Assembly (NCBI GenBank): GCA_965662175.1
Contig: CBFIGT010000033.1
Location: forward strand, 1-20,502
Direction of reading: 5' to 3'
From: Arcobacter sp.
GTDB lineage: Bacteria; Campylobacterota; Campylobacteria; Campylobacterales; Arcobacteraceae
DNA length: 20,502 bases
The translations under genes were made by a program, and so were the position numbers. Below the pieces are notes generated by a model. It saw nothing but the letters and a program-made list of their open reading frames with translations. It had not been told where the DNA came from and searched no databases. This document shows, piece by piece, positions 1 through 10,367 of this stretch (positions are counted from its first letter, which is position 1; each line of letters opens with the position of its first letter).

Positions 1-471
1 ATTTATATTCAAGTTTTGGATAATCTTTTAGAATGGATTGATAAGAAACAAGAAGTTAATGAAGATATTTTACGATGTTTGATTTTAGTTAATATAAATT
101 TTGTTTTGTATCATACTATTTTAATTAGAGAATTAGTAGATAAAGGTAGTAGTGCATTTTATTTACTAAAAATAAAAAAATTAACATTAGAAGATTTTAG
201 TTATTATAAAAATAATATACATGGTGTAGGTGGATTCCGTGAACCAACTAGTTTCGATGCTTATATAAATACTATAAAGAAGAAGAAACTTAATTTAAAA
301 GATATACCTGATGAAAAAATAAGAATTAATAATAAATTTATAGAAGATAACTTGACTTTATTTAGAAGTGATTATTTTGCAAATAAACTAGATATCACAA
401 AAAATATTGATGAGACTACTCTCAATAAAATTAACAACTTCATAGAAACAGGTATTTTAATAAATGAATAA
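1..471 (+). CDS. Hypothetical protein, probably 5'-truncated by the window edge
   Basis: Frame is open from base 1 (ATT TAT ATT CAA GTT TTG...) to TAA at 469-471 and overlaps the cobQ start by 8 nt. No motif recognised. Confidence 0.55.
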   Translation: MYIQVLDNLLEWIDKKQEVNEDILRCLILVNINFVLYHTILIRELVDKGSSAFYLLKIKKLTLEDFSYYKNNIHGVGGFREPTSFDAYINTIKKKKLNLKDIPDEKIRINNKFIEDNLTLFRSDYFANKLDITKNIDETTLNKINNFIETGILINE

Positions 472-1864
472 TATATCAATCTTTGGCACATCATCAGATG
501 CCGGTAAATCTACTATAACTTTTGTAATAGCAAAAATCTTACAAGACTTAGGAGTAAATGTAGCTCCTTTTAAAGCTCAAAATGTATCAAACAATGCTTA
601 TGTTTGTGATGATGGTAGTGAGATTGCTGTTGCTCAGTATTTTCAAGCTCATGTTTTAGAAGTGCCTACTTCTTATCATTTAAATCCTGTTTTATTAAAA
701 TCAGGTCGCGGTTCAAATGCTTCTGTTATAGTTGAGGGAAAAGTTTTAGAGTCTAAAGATGTGCTAAGTTATTATAAAGATTTAGACCTTTTAAAACCAG
801 CAGTTGATAGATGTTTCGATTATCTTGATAAAAGGTATGATTGTGTTGTTTGTGAAGGTGCTGGTAGTCCTGTTGAGTTAAATCTTATGGATAAAGACTT
901 GTCAAATATTTACATCGCTACAAAATACAATACAAAAATCATCTTAGTAGCAGACATAGAAAAGGGTGGGGTTTTTGCTTCTATTTATGGAGTTTATAAT
1001 CTACTTCCAAAAGAGCTCAGAAATAATGTAATAGGTGTGATTGTAAACAAGTTTCGAGGTGATTTAACTCTTTTTGATGAAGGTATAAAAATCATAGAGA
1101 ATGATTTTAAAATACCTGTTCTTGGTGTTTTACCTTATATTCCTTTTAATCTTGGATTTGAAGATTCACAAAGCCTTAAAAATTACACTCAAAACAATAA
1201 AAATACCATCATAAAAGTAGGGGTGATTTCATATCCTTATATGAGTAACTATAATGATTTTGAGCCTTTGATTGCTGATGACTCTGTTGAGTTGGAGTTT
1301 ATTGAAAATGCTATTGGTTTAGATAGATTTGATATGGTTATACTACCTGGTTCAAAACTAGTTATAAAAGATTTACAATGGCTAAAATCAAATGGTTTAT
1401 ATGAAAAAATCAAAGAGTATGATAAAACTATTTTAGGTCTTTGTGGTGGTTATGAGATGATGTTTAAAAAACTTCATGATATAAATGCCTTAGAAAATGA
1501 TAATGCTATTAGCGAAGTTGGATTTTCTTTTATTGATGATGAAATATTTTTTGAAAAAGAGAAAATACTCAAAAAAGAGAGTTATGATATCTTTGATTGT
1601 CAAATAGAAGGTTTTGAAATACATCATGGAGTATCAAAAAAGTATCCAATATCTTATGAAAAGAGTAATATAAAAGGTACTTTTATTCATGCAATTTTTG
1701 ATAATGACAACATACGAAATACCATATTTAAAAAAATAAATCCAAACTATAAAGAGTTTGATTTTAAAGTTTATAAAAAAGAGAAAATAGATAATTTTGT
1801 AAATAGTATGAAAGAAAAACTGGATATAAATAAAATATGGGAAAACATAAATGAAAAATCTTAG
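464..1864 (+). CDS. cobQ: Cobyric acid synthase CobQ/CbiP
   Basis: N-terminal GTSSDAGKS P-loop, PFKAQN, NPVLLK, EGAGSPVELNL, DIEKGGVFAS, NKFRGD; C-terminal glutamine amidotransferase domain with GLCGGY and GFEIH. Confidence 0.96.
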   Translation: MNNISIFGTSSDAGKSTITFVIAKILQDLGVNVAPFKAQNVSNNAYVCDDGSEIAVAQYFQAHVLEVPTSYHLNPVLLKSGRGSNASVIVEGKVLESKDVLSYYKDLDLLKPAVDRCFDYLDKRYDCVVCEGAGSPVELNLMDKDLSNIYIATKYNTKIILVADIEKGGVFASIYGVYNLLPKELRNNVIGVIVNKFRGDLTLFDEGIKIIENDFKIPVLGVLPYIPFNLGFEDSQSLKNYTQNNKNTIIKVGVISYPYMSNYNDFEPLIADDSVELEFIENAIGLDRFDMVILPGSKLVIKDLQWLKSNGLYEKIKEYDKTILGLCGGYEMMFKKLHDINALENDNAISEVGFSFIDDEIFFEKEKILKKESYDIFDCQIEGFEIHHGVSKKYPISYEKSNIKGTFIHAIFDNDNIRNTIFKKINPNYKEFDFKVYKKEKIDNFVNSMKEKLDINKIWENINEKS

Positions 1865-2603
1865 TAGTTTTATTTTGGGCTTAAAATTTGCCCTTAGTTA
1901 CTTTACAATAATTCCAATCAAAATAAAAGACAGTGATGATTTATCACAAAATAGTGTGTTGTCAGCAACTCTTTTTTCACTTCCTTTGATAGGTTTTATT
2001 TTAGGTTTTATTACAATCTCTTTATATGGAGTTTTAGAACACTTATCATGGTTTGGAGCTATTATTTGTGCTGTTTCATATATGATACTTTATGGTTTTA
2101 TACATACAGAAGCTATAATGGATGTGGTTGATGCAATATATGCAAAACATAGTGGAAAAGATGCTTATGAAGTTATAAAAGAGCCAAGTGTTGGAGCTAT
2201 GGGTGTTTTATATGCTGTTTCATTTATGATCTTAAAGCTTGCTGGGATTGTCTATTTGTTTATGAATAACTATCTTTATGAGTTTTTGACAATTGTTATT
2301 ATTAGTAGATTGATGATTTTAATTATGATTAAAAAGTTTAAATTTAAATCTTCATTTGTAAATGCTTTAAAAGAATCACTCTCTCAAAAAACTGTTTTTA
2401 TTGCTATTGTTATTTTTACAGCTTTAAATATATTTTTAATAAATGATGTGGCAATTGGTCTTAGCATATTTGCATTTATTTTTACTATTTTAATACCAAA
2501 GTTTATAGAAAAAAACCTTGGTTTTTTAAATGGTGATGCTATTGGTACAACTGTTGAGCTAAATGAGTTATTTCTTATTATAGTTTTTTTAATATTATTC
2601 TAA
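1851..2603 (+). CDS. cobS: Adenosylcobinamide-GDP ribazoletransferase (cobalamin synthase)
   Basis: Polytopic membrane protein with FTIIP, GFIHTEAIMDVVDA, VGAMGV and GFLNGDAIG motifs typical of CobS; overlaps the cobQ stop. Confidence 0.92.
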   Translation: MKNLSSFILGLKFALSYFTIIPIKIKDSDDLSQNSVLSATLFSLPLIGFILGFITISLYGVLEHLSWFGAIICAVSYMILYGFIHTEAIMDVVDAIYAKHSGKDAYEVIKEPSVGAMGVLYAVSFMILKLAGIVYLFMNNYLYEFLTIVIISRLMILIMIKKFKFKSSFVNALKESLSQKTVFIAIVIFTALNIFLINDVAIGLSIFAFIFTILIPKFIEKNLGFLNGDAIGTTVELNELFLIIVFLILF

Positions 2604-2685
2604 CTTATAATACTATCCCTTTAGTTTATAAGTTAAAGTTATAATATTTTTTATAATAGATTAATAAACTAAAGATTATAATTCA

Positions 2686-2895
2686 TCAATTATTTGGCTT
2701 GACTAAAGATTTAATAGCTTTTGGAAGATGAGCAAAAGGTAAAGTTTTAACTTGTGTCTCTTTCTCCTTCTCAAAACAAGATACATCAACAGTCATATTA
2801 GCTTTTTTTAGAAATAGAACTTTATACTCTATCCCATCTTGAGTATAGGTTATATTTTTATTTCTAAAATCTATTATCTCTTTTTTCTTAGCCAT
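2686..2895 (-). CDS. Small basic hypothetical protein (69 aa)
   Basis: ATG start with a good SD (GAAGGA on the minus strand, 2904-2909); fills an otherwise empty intergenic gap; ends in PFAHLPKAIKSLVKP. Confidence 0.7.
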   Translation of the reverse strand: MAKKKEIIDFRNKNITYTQDGIEYKVLFLKKANMTVDVSCFEKEKETQVKTLPFAHLPKAIKSLVKPNN

Positions 2896-2934
2896 TAATT
2901 AATTCCTTCATAATAAAAGAGAGAATATCCAAAA

Positions 2935-3909
2935 ATGAATAACGAAACTATAAAACTACTTCCATCAAACAGATTACAGTTTTTTCCAATAATGATGTTT
3001 GCCATTGTTATGGGTTTATCAGGATTAACAATTGTTTTTCAAAAAGCTCATGAAATATTATATTTTAATAAGTTAATTGGAGATATTTTTTTAATAATAG
3101 ATTCAATAGTTTTTATAACAATATTATTATTTTATATAATCAAAATGTTTAGATATTTTGATGAAGTAAAAAAAGAGTTTGACCATCCAGTTAGAATTAA
3201 TTTTTTTGCTGCAAGTGCTATCTCTTTTTTATTAGTTTCAATTGCTTATCACCCTATAAATAAACAGATTGCTGAGTATCTGTTTTTTATTGGAACTGCA
3301 ATGCAAACATTTTTTACATTTTATACAATACAGTTTTGGATTAATAAAAATCTAGAGATAGTTCACTCAAATCCCGCATGGTTTATTCCTATTGTTGGGA
3401 ATGTTTTTGTTCCTGTAGCTGGATACTCTTTTGTTGATAACAACTTTTTAATGTACTACTTTTCAGTTGGTATTTTCTTTTGGATAGTTTTAACATCATT
3501 ATTAATAAATAGAATAATTTTTCATAATCAACTAATGGTAAAATTTATTCCAACACTTTTTATATTTATAGCGCCTCCTGCTGTATCTTTTATTGCTTAT
3601 GTAAAAATGACAGGTGAGTTTGATATGTTTGCTAGTATTTTATTTAATTTAGCACTATTTTTCTCTTTTTTATTGATTTTTATGTATAAAAACTTTTTAA
3701 ATCTTAAGTTTTTTATCTCTTGGTGGGCTTTTACTTTTCCATTAGCTGCTGTTACAATTGCATCTATGTTAGCATATACTAAAACTAATTTAGGTTTTTA
3801 TCACTTTTTATCATATTTTTTTCTTGTTATTACAACAATTGTAGTTCTAATAGTTGCTTTTAGAACTTTTCAACATATGATGAAAAAAGAGATATGTATA
3901 ATGGAATAG
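2935..3909 (+). CDS. SLAC1/TehA (tellurite resistance/dicarboxylate transporter, TDT) family anion channel
   Basis: About 10 hydrophobic segments; FAIVMGLSGL, EFDHPVRINFF, NPAWFIPIVGN, PTLFIFIAPP and SWWAFTFPLAA motifs. Confidence 0.9.
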   Translation: MNNETIKLLPSNRLQFFPIMMFAIVMGLSGLTIVFQKAHEILYFNKLIGDIFLIIDSIVFITILLFYIIKMFRYFDEVKKEFDHPVRINFFAASAISFLLVSIAYHPINKQIAEYLFFIGTAMQTFFTFYTIQFWINKNLEIVHSNPAWFIPIVGNVFVPVAGYSFVDNNFLMYYFSVGIFFWIVLTSLLINRIIFHNQLMVKFIPTLFIFIAPPAVSFIAYVKMTGEFDMFASILFNLALFFSFLLIFMYKNFLNLKFFISWWAFTFPLAAVTIASMLAYTKTNLGFYHFLSYFFLVITTIVVLIVAFRTFQHMMKKEICIME

Positions 3910-3962
3910 TAATTATATAATTGATAATATAAATCAAAATATTTAAATATGAAGGTTTTATT

Positions 3963-4982
3963 ATGAATTATAAATATATAGGAAAAAGTGGATTAAGAGT
4001 AACAGATATTTGTCTTGGTACTATGACTTTTGGTACAACTACATCAAAAGAAGAAGCTTTTAAAATTATGGATAAAGCTTATGAAAGAGGTATAAACTTT
4101 TTTGATACAGCTGAGCTTTATCCTGTACCTCCAAAATCAGATTTAGCAGGATTAACAGAGCAAATTGTAGGTGAATGGCTAAAGACAAAACCTAGAGATT
4201 CTATAATTTTAGCTACTAAAGTAGCCGGTGCAGCTTCTGGTTGGTTTGTTCCACCTATTCGCCATGGACTTACAGCAATTGACTCTTTTCATATAAAAAG
4301 AGCGGTTGAGGGAAGTTTAAAAAATCTTCAAACTGATTATATAGATTTATATCAAATGCATTGGCCAGATACTGTTGTGCCTATTGAAGAGAGTTTAAAA
4401 GCTTTTGATGAGCTTGTTCGTGAGGGAAAAGTTAGATATATAGGAACCTCAAATGATAGTGCTTATGGTTTAACAAAAGCAAATGAAGTTTCTAAATATA
4501 ATAATTTAGCTAGATTTGAATCCATACAAAATAATTTTTCACTTTTAAATCCAAGATTTTTAGATGAATTAAGTACAGTTTGTAAAAATGAACAAATTTC
4601 ACTTCTACCATACTCTCCAATAGCAGGTGGTGTTTTAAGTGGTAAATATAATGGTGGCTTTTATCCTGAGGGCTCAAGATTTGGGCTTTATATGTCAAAT
4701 AAAAGTAAAAGAGTTCAGGCTATGGCAAATAGATTTGTAAATGATAAAACTATTGAAGCAACTGCAAGATATTTAGAAATAGCAAAAGAGTATGATATAA
4801 ATCCAGTAACTTTAGCTGTTGCTTGGTCAAAACAGCATGATTTTGTAGCTTCTACTATAATTGGTGCTAGAAAATTAGAGCAGTTAGATGACTCTTTAAA
4901 TGCAATTGATTTTAATTTAAATAATGATATTTTAAATAAAATAACTAAAATCCAACGAGAAATTCTTTACCCAATGGGATAA
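3963..4982 (+). CDS. Aldo/keto reductase, Tas-like
   Basis: LGTMTFG, FFDTAELYPVP, ATKV, LQTDYIDLYQMHWP, GKVRYIGTSN, YSPIAGGVLSGKY and IIGA motifs. Confidence 0.93.
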   Translation: MNYKYIGKSGLRVTDICLGTMTFGTTTSKEEAFKIMDKAYERGINFFDTAELYPVPPKSDLAGLTEQIVGEWLKTKPRDSIILATKVAGAASGWFVPPIRHGLTAIDSFHIKRAVEGSLKNLQTDYIDLYQMHWPDTVVPIEESLKAFDELVREGKVRYIGTSNDSAYGLTKANEVSKYNNLARFESIQNNFSLLNPRFLDELSTVCKNEQISLLPYSPIAGGVLSGKYNGGFYPEGSRFGLYMSNKSKRVQAMANRFVNDKTIEATARYLEIAKEYDINPVTLAVAWSKQHDFVASTIIGARKLEQLDDSLNAIDFNLNNDILNKITKIQREILYPMG

Positions 4983-5069
4983 ATAATAGTTATATTTTAA
5001 GTATTTAGAAATATAAGTAATGTTAATATTAGTTAAAGAATTATAAAACAAAGAATATAAGGTTTCATT

Positions 5070-7610
5070 TTGAAAAATTTAAGTTTATTAAAAAAGTTTT
5101 CATTGATTACTGTTATTATAACAGTGATTATGTTATTAATTGGTTATTTTATTTTAAATAATCAAAAAAATGATTTAGAAGAAGAGGTAATTCAAAATAC
5201 AATGATTGAATTACAAAACAACTCAGAATCAGCATTAGAATCCAAGCTTGATGTTGGAATTTCTAATGCTATTTCAATTGCAAATGATTCTATGATAAAA
5301 AAATCTTTAAAAGAAGAAAATAGAGATTTAGGAATTGAAGTATTAAAAAACTTATCTGCAAATATGAAAGAATCAACACCTTTTAATAATATAAAAGTAC
5401 ATATTCACACAAAAGATAATCAGTCATTTATTAGGTCATGGAAAGATGATAAATTTGGAGATGATTTATCAGGGTTTAGAGCAAGTGTTGTGGGCGTAAA
5501 TGCTAGTAAAAAAGCTATCAATACTTTTGAAGTTGGTAAAGCAGGGTTAAGTATAAGATCAGTCGTACCAATATTTGAAAATGGTGAGCATTTAGGTTCT
5601 TTAGAGTTTATGCAAGGTATTAATTCTGTTGCTAAAAAATTTGATAAAGCAGGTGATGGATTCATACTTTTGATGGACTCAAGTTTAGCAGTTGCTGACA
5701 CTTCAAAACTTAATAAAGTAGGTAATTATATTGTTTCTCAAAAATTTTTAAATAAAGATTTTTATGAAGATAGCAAAAAAATCAATTTTAAAGAACTTCT
5801 AAAAAATGGGTATTTTATTGATGATAAATATTTTTATACATTTACAAAAATTAAAGATTTTAATGGAAAAGAGTTAGGTATTAGTTTAATAGGTAGAAAC
5901 ATTCATGTTGTTGATAAAGCTATTGACCATGCGGCTGAAATAGTTGTTCAGGCGCTTGTTTTGTTATTTTTATCATTAATTACTTTAATGATTGCAAGTT
6001 TAATTAATCTATCAAAAACAGTAATTAATCCAATTAATGAACTTAAAAACTCTATTAATGAGGTTAAAAATACTCAAAGTGATGAGTTTATAAAAATTGG
6101 AATAAAATCAAATGATGAGATAGGAGATGTTGTTAATAGTTTCAACGCTTATTTACAACATTTAGATGAAAGTAATAAAAAAGATAAGATGGTTATTGAT
6201 GAGACTAGAAGTATAATAGAAAAAATCAATGCTGGACTTTTAAATGATAGAATAAAAACAAAAGGTAGTTCAAAAGCTGTTAACTCTTTGGTTGATGAAA
6301 TTAACTCAATGATTTCTGTTTTACAAAAAAATATGATGACTTTTTCAAATGTATTAGTTCAATTAGCAAATACAAAATATGATTATAAAATGCCAAATGT
6401 TGAACTAACAGGACTTTTAGCCTCTTTATTTAGTGGTATTAAAGTTACTCAATCAACTATTAATGAAGTGATGTGTTTAATAGAAAATGCAAATGATGAG
6501 TTAAGTAATAGTGCAAGTGAGTTATCTGTTGCATCAAAAGAGTTAAGTGAATCATCAAATAGACAAGCAGCCTCTTTAGAAGAAACAGCTGCTGCAATAC
6601 AAGAAATCTCTTCTACAATTGAAAGTAGTAGTGAAAATGCAGCAAAAATGGCTAAATATGCTCAAAATGTATCCCAATCTAATGAAATAGGAAAAAAATT
6701 AGCAAATGATACAGGTGCTGCTATGGTAGAGTTAAGTAATGAAGTTAATTCAATAAATGAAGCAATTTCAGTAATTGATAAAATTGCATTTCAAACAAAT
6801 ATCTTAAGTTTAAACGCTGCGGTTGAAGCTGCAACTGCAGGTGAAGCTGGAAAAGGATTTGCAGTTGTTGCCCAAGAGGTAAGAAGTTTAGCTGCAAGAA
6901 GTGCTGAAGCTGCAAAAGAGATTAAAGAGTTAGTTGGAAAAGCTACAGTAAAAGCTAGTGTAAGTAAAGATATATCTCATGAAATGCTTAAAGGTTATGA
7001 TAAACTAGATGAGAATATTAATATTACAATAAAACTTATTTCAGACGTTGCTAATGCATCTAAAGAGCAAGAAATTGCAATGAATCAAATCAATGATACA
7101 GTTAATTCTTTGGATAAAGCAACTCAACAAAATGCTTCCTTAGCAAGCTCAATTAATCAAATGTCACAATTTACATCAAAACTAGCATTACAACTTCAAA
7201 ATGCTATAAATAGAACAAGCTTTGATAAATCAGCAAAATCTAGAATATGTGATGAAAATTTAATTTTTGATGCAAATAAATTAAAATCTGACCATATCTC
7301 ATTTAAAAATATAAATTTCCAAGAGTCTAGAAGTGGACATAAGTTTAAAGTAAAAACCCATCATGAATGTAATTTAGGTAAATGGATAGATGCCCATGAA
7401 AATGAAGCTATTGCAAATACATCTGGCTGGAGTAGGTTAAAAGATTCACATTTAAAAGTACATAATTTAGTTCAAAATGTTGCTGATTTATATGCTTGTG
7501 ATGCAAAAAATGAAGAAATATTTAAAGCCACAAAAGAGATAGAGAAAAATATTAATATTGTTTTTGATGAATTAAATAATATTAGAGAAGAAAGTTGTAA
7601 AAACTCTTAA
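5070..7610 (+). CDS. Methyl-accepting chemotaxis protein (periplasmic Cache-type sensor, HAMP, MCP signal domain, C-terminal CZB zinc-binding domain)
   Basis: Two TM helices flanking a periplasmic domain; HAMP ([12 protein letters not shown]); hairpin tip [40 protein letters not shown] ligands [19 protein letters not shown] start with upstream TAAGG. Confidence 0.93.
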   Translation: MKNLSLLKKFSLITVIITVIMLLIGYFILNNQKNDLEEEVIQNTMIELQNNSESALESKLDVGISNAISIANDSMIKKSLKEENRDLGIEVLKNLSANMKESTPFNNIKVHIHTKDNQSFIRSWKDDKFGDDLSGFRASVVGVNASKKAINTFEVGKAGLSIRSVVPIFENGEHLGSLEFMQGINSVAKKFDKAGDGFILLMDSSLAVADTSKLNKVGNYIVSQKFLNKDFYEDSKKINFKELLKNGYFIDDKYFYTFTKIKDFNGKELGISLIGRNIHVVDKAIDHAAEIVVQALVLLFLSLITLMIASLINLSKTVINPINELKNSINEVKNTQSDEFIKIGIKSNDEIGDVVNSFNAYLQHLDESNKKDKMVIDETRSIIEKINAGLLNDRIKTKGSSKAVNSLVDEINSMISVLQKNMMTFSNVLVQLANTKYDYKMPNVELTGLLASLFSGIKVTQSTINEVMCLIENANDELSNSASELSVASKELSESSNRQAASLEETAAAIQEISSTIESSSENAAKMAKYAQNVSQSNEIGKKLANDTGAAMVELSNEVNSINEAISVIDKIAFQTNILSLNAAVEAATAGEAGKGFAVVAQEVRSLAARSAEAAKEIKELVGKATVKASVSKDISHEMLKGYDKLDENINITIKLISDVANASKEQEIAMNQINDTVNSLDKATQQNASLASSINQMSQFTSKLALQLQNAINRTSFDKSAKSRICDENLIFDANKLKSDHISFKNINFQESRSGHKFKVKTHHECNLGKWIDAHENEAIANTSGWSRLKDSHLKVHNLVQNVADLYACDAKNEEIFKATKEIEKNINIVFDELNNIREESCKNS

Positions 7611-7682
7611 AAAATCAATTTTGTATTGATTTCTCCTCTTTTTTCTAATAAAATAACATATTAAAATAAAAGAGGAGAAGAT

Positions 7683-7889
7683 ATGATTTTAGATGAAAAT
7701 ATATTAGTTACAATAAATTGTGATATTTACAAATATAACTACAGAACTAACTCTTTCCAAGTAAGAAACTACTTTAATACAGATACTGTTAAACTATTAG
7801 AAGAGTTTGATAAAATAATAAAAGTTCTAGTAGAAAATAAGATAAAATTTAAACTGCATAAAGATAATACAATAGAAATAACTTTATAA
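7683..7889 (+). CDS. Small hypothetical protein (68 aa)
   Basis: ATG preceded by a strong SD (AGAGGAG, 7671-7677); convergent with livF. Confidence 0.7.
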   Translation: MILDENILVTINCDIYKYNYRTNSFQVRNYFNTDTVKLLEEFDKIIKVLVENKIKFKLHKDNTIEITL

Positions 7890-7906
7890 AAAATAAGATA
7901 TCAATC

Positions 7907-8602
7907 CTAAGCACCTAAGTACTTAGCCTTGATATCATTAGACTCTAAAAGCTCGCTTCCAGTGCCTTGTAGAACAACTTCACCATTTTCTAATACATAA
8001 GAGTAATCAGATATTTCTAAAGCTGCATAAGCATTTTGCTCAACTAAAAGTATTGTAATTCCTTCATCTCTTAGTTTTAAAATTATTTCAAATAGCTCAC
8101 CTATGATTTTAGGAGCAAGTCCTAATGATGGTTCATCTAGCATAAGAAGTTTTGGTGAACTCATCAAAGCTCTAGCAATTGCTAGCATTTGTTGTTCACC
8201 TCCACTCATAGTCCCTGCTAATTGTTCTTTTTTATCTACTAATCTTGGGAAAAGTTTATAAACATGTGCTCTTAACTCTTCATATTTTTCATCATTGTTA
8301 AATGCACCCATTCTTAAGTTTTCATCAATAGTAAGATTTATAAATACTCTTCTTCCCTCAGGAACCAAAGATATTCCACCTTGTACTATTTTATGTGTTG
8401 CTAATGTTGATATATCATTTGACTCAAACACTATTTGACCATTTTTTTTAACATCATTTACAATTGATGATAAAGTTGAAGTTTTACCAGCTCCATTTGA
8501 GCCAATAAGTGAAACTATTTTACCCTTAGGAACTTCAAAGTCTACTTTTTTAACACCACGAATTAGTCCATAAAAGACCTCTAAATTTTCAACTTTAAGC
8601 AT
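7907..8602 (-). CDS. livF: Branched-chain amino acid ABC transporter ATP-binding protein
   Basis: GSNGAGKT Walker A, VPEGRRVF, MSGGEQQMLAIARAL, LDEPSLGLAP, LLVEQN. Confidence 0.95.
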   Translation of the reverse strand: MLKVENLEVFYGLIRGVKKVDFEVPKGKIVSLIGSNGAGKTSTLSSIVNDVKKNGQIVFESNDISTLATHKIVQGGISLVPEGRRVFINLTIDENLRMGAFNNDEKYEELRAHVYKLFPRLVDKKEQLAGTMSGGEQQMLAIARALMSSPKLLMLDEPSLGLAPKIIGELFEIILKLRDEGITILLVEQNAYAALEISDYSYVLENGEVVLQGTGSELLESNDIKAKYLGA

Positions 8603-9362
8603 GTTTGAAATCTCCTAAATAAGCTTTTATTACCTCTTCATCTTTTATAGCATCTTCAATATGACCTTCAAAGATAGTTTTTCCATAATCTAAAACCATA
8701 ACTCTATCACAAAGATGGTTTACAAACTTCATATCATGCTCTATTAGTAAAATAGTTATATCAAACTCATCTCTAATTTTAAATAAAAGATTTGCTAACT
8801 CTTTTGTTTCATTTGGATTCATACCAGCTGCTGGTTCATCTAAAAGCAAAAGTTTAGGAGTTGTAGCTAAGGCTCTTGCTATTTCTACTTTTCTTTGATT
8901 ACCATAAGAGAGATTTGTTGCTAAGTCATCTTTAAATTTATCAATTCCCAAAAATTTCATAATATCTAAAGCTTTTTGTTTTACTTTTTTTTCTTGGCTA
9001 AAATATCTTGGTAATCTAAAGATTGATTCAAGATAGGTATAGTTTGTCTGATTTTCAAGTCCTATTAAAATATTATCCATAACACTCATAGTTGAAAAAA
9101 GTCTAATATTTTGGAAGGTTCTTGCAATTCCTGCTCTTACTATTTTATAGTTCTTTTTATTTGTAATTTTTTTATTATCTAAAAAAACTTCACCTGAACT
9201 TGGTTTATAATTACCTGTTATTATATTAAACATAGTAGTTTTACCAGCTCCATTTGGTCCAATTAGACCAAATATCTCATTTTTATTTATATGAAAAGAG
9301 GTATCATTTATAGCAACAACACCACCAAAGCTTTTTGTAATATTTTTAAGTTCTAATATCAT
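8595..9362 (-). CDS. livG: Branched-chain amino acid ABC transporter ATP-binding protein
   Basis: GPNGAGKT, ARTFQNIRLF, LSYGNQRKVEIARAL, LDEPAAGMN, IEHDM, C-terminal AYLG. Confidence 0.95.
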   Translation of the reverse strand: MILELKNITKSFGGVVAINDTSFHINKNEIFGLIGPNGAGKTTMFNIITGNYKPSSGEVFLDNKKITNKKNYKIVRAGIARTFQNIRLFSTMSVMDNILIGLENQTNYTYLESIFRLPRYFSQEKKVKQKALDIMKFLGIDKFKDDLATNLSYGNQRKVEIARALATTPKLLLLDEPAAGMNPNETKELANLLFKIRDEFDITILLIEHDMKFVNHLCDRVMVLDYGKTIFEGHIEDAIKDEEVIKAYLGDFKHA

Positions 9363-10366
9363 TTTCTTTTCCTTTTAAAAATATCACTAAACTCTCGTTT
9401 TCCCATAATTCCCTCTCTTGCAAAAAGCATAACTACTATTAATACAATAGAAAAAACTACCATTCTAAGGCCTGGATGAGCATCTGTTTCATAGCCAAAG
9501 ATATTCATAGAACTATCTAGGAATCTTAACCATTCACTTCCACCTATTACAAGTATTGTTCCAATAATTGCACCACTCATAGAACCCAATCCACCAAGTA
9601 CTATGATAATTAGAAGTTGGAACGTTAAGAAGAAGGTAAATAAATCAGGACTAATTGTTGTAAGTAATACAGCTAATAATCCTCCACCAATTCCCTCAAA
9701 GAAAGCAGAAGTTCCAAATGCTAAAGTTTTAATCTTAAATGTATTAATTCCAATAGCACTAGCAGCATCTTCATCATCACGCACAGCTTTCATAGCACGA
9801 CCATATTTTGAATAAACAATGTTTAACATAATAATTACAGTTAATATAGCTATTCCACCTGTCCAATAAACATTTATAAGAGATGGAATTTCATTTAAAC
9901 CAATACTACCATTTGTAATCTCAGGTGAGTTTATAGCAATAACTTTAATAATAAATCCAAATCCAAGTGTTACAATAGCTAAATAATCACCTCTAACTCT
10001 AAATACAGGTGCTGCTAAACAAACAGCCACAAAAGCAGCTATAATACCACTAAGAAGTAGTGCAGGTACCAAAGAAGTGTTAAGTGCTAATACCCAAGGA
10101 GCTGGATCTTCTAGTTGAAAAAGTTCCCATTTCATATCTTCACTAAGTAAACATAAAGCAGTTACATAAGCACCAATTGCTACAAATCCATTTGGTTCAA
10201 GTGAGAATTGACCTGTAACACCATTTATAAGATTATATGAAGCTGCAAGTATTATAAAAATAAAGATATTATTTAAAATTCTCATACCATAATCATCAAA
10301 AATATATGGAGAGACAAATATACAAGCAAGAGCTAATAAAATATATATTATAAAATTTTTATTCAT
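9359..10366 (-). CDS. livM: Branched-chain amino acid ABC transporter permease
   Basis: NLINGVTGQFSL, RVRGDYLAIVTLGF, GRAMKAVRDDEDAA, VLGGLGS. Start placed at ATG 10366, directly after the livH stop, rather than TTG 10387. Confidence 0.93.
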   Translation of the reverse strand: MNKNFIIYILLALACIFVSPYIFDDYGMRILNNIFIFIILAASYNLINGVTGQFSLEPNGFVAIGAYVTALCLLSEDMKWELFQLEDPAPWVLALNTSLVPALLLSGIIAAFVAVCLAAPVFRVRGDYLAIVTLGFGFIIKVIAINSPEITNGSIGLNEIPSLINVYWTGGIAILTVIIMLNIVYSKYGRAMKAVRDDEDAASAIGINTFKIKTLAFGTSAFFEGIGGGLLAVLLTTISPDLFTFFLTFQLLIIIVLGGLGSMSGAIIGTILVIGGSEWLRFLDSSMNIFGYETDAHPGLRMVVFSIVLIVVMLFAREGIMGKREFSDIFKRKRK

Positions 10367-10367
10367 A

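Noticed and set aside
1..470. Cobalamin riboswitch upstream of cobQ
   Set aside because: The region is an open reading frame and shows no B12-box consensus.
2601..2675. Inverted repeats TAACTTATAA/TTATAAGTTA and CTTTAGTTTAT/ATAAACTAAAG
   Set aside because: Very AT-rich with long loops; may help termination between convergent genes but no function can be supported.
4510..4698. 62-aa minus-strand ORF
   Set aside because: Antisense shadow within the aldo/keto reductase; no motif.
5420..5701. 93-aa minus-strand ORF
   Set aside because: Antisense to the MCP gene; composition typical of a shadow frame.
8985..8992. Poly-T/A tracts (here and at 19430-19437) as phase-variation sites
   Set aside because: Ordinary Lys/Phe codon runs in an AT-rich genome; frames intact; no long poly-G/C tracts seen.
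9603..9815. 70-aa plus-strand ORF
   Set aside because: Antisense shadow of livM.
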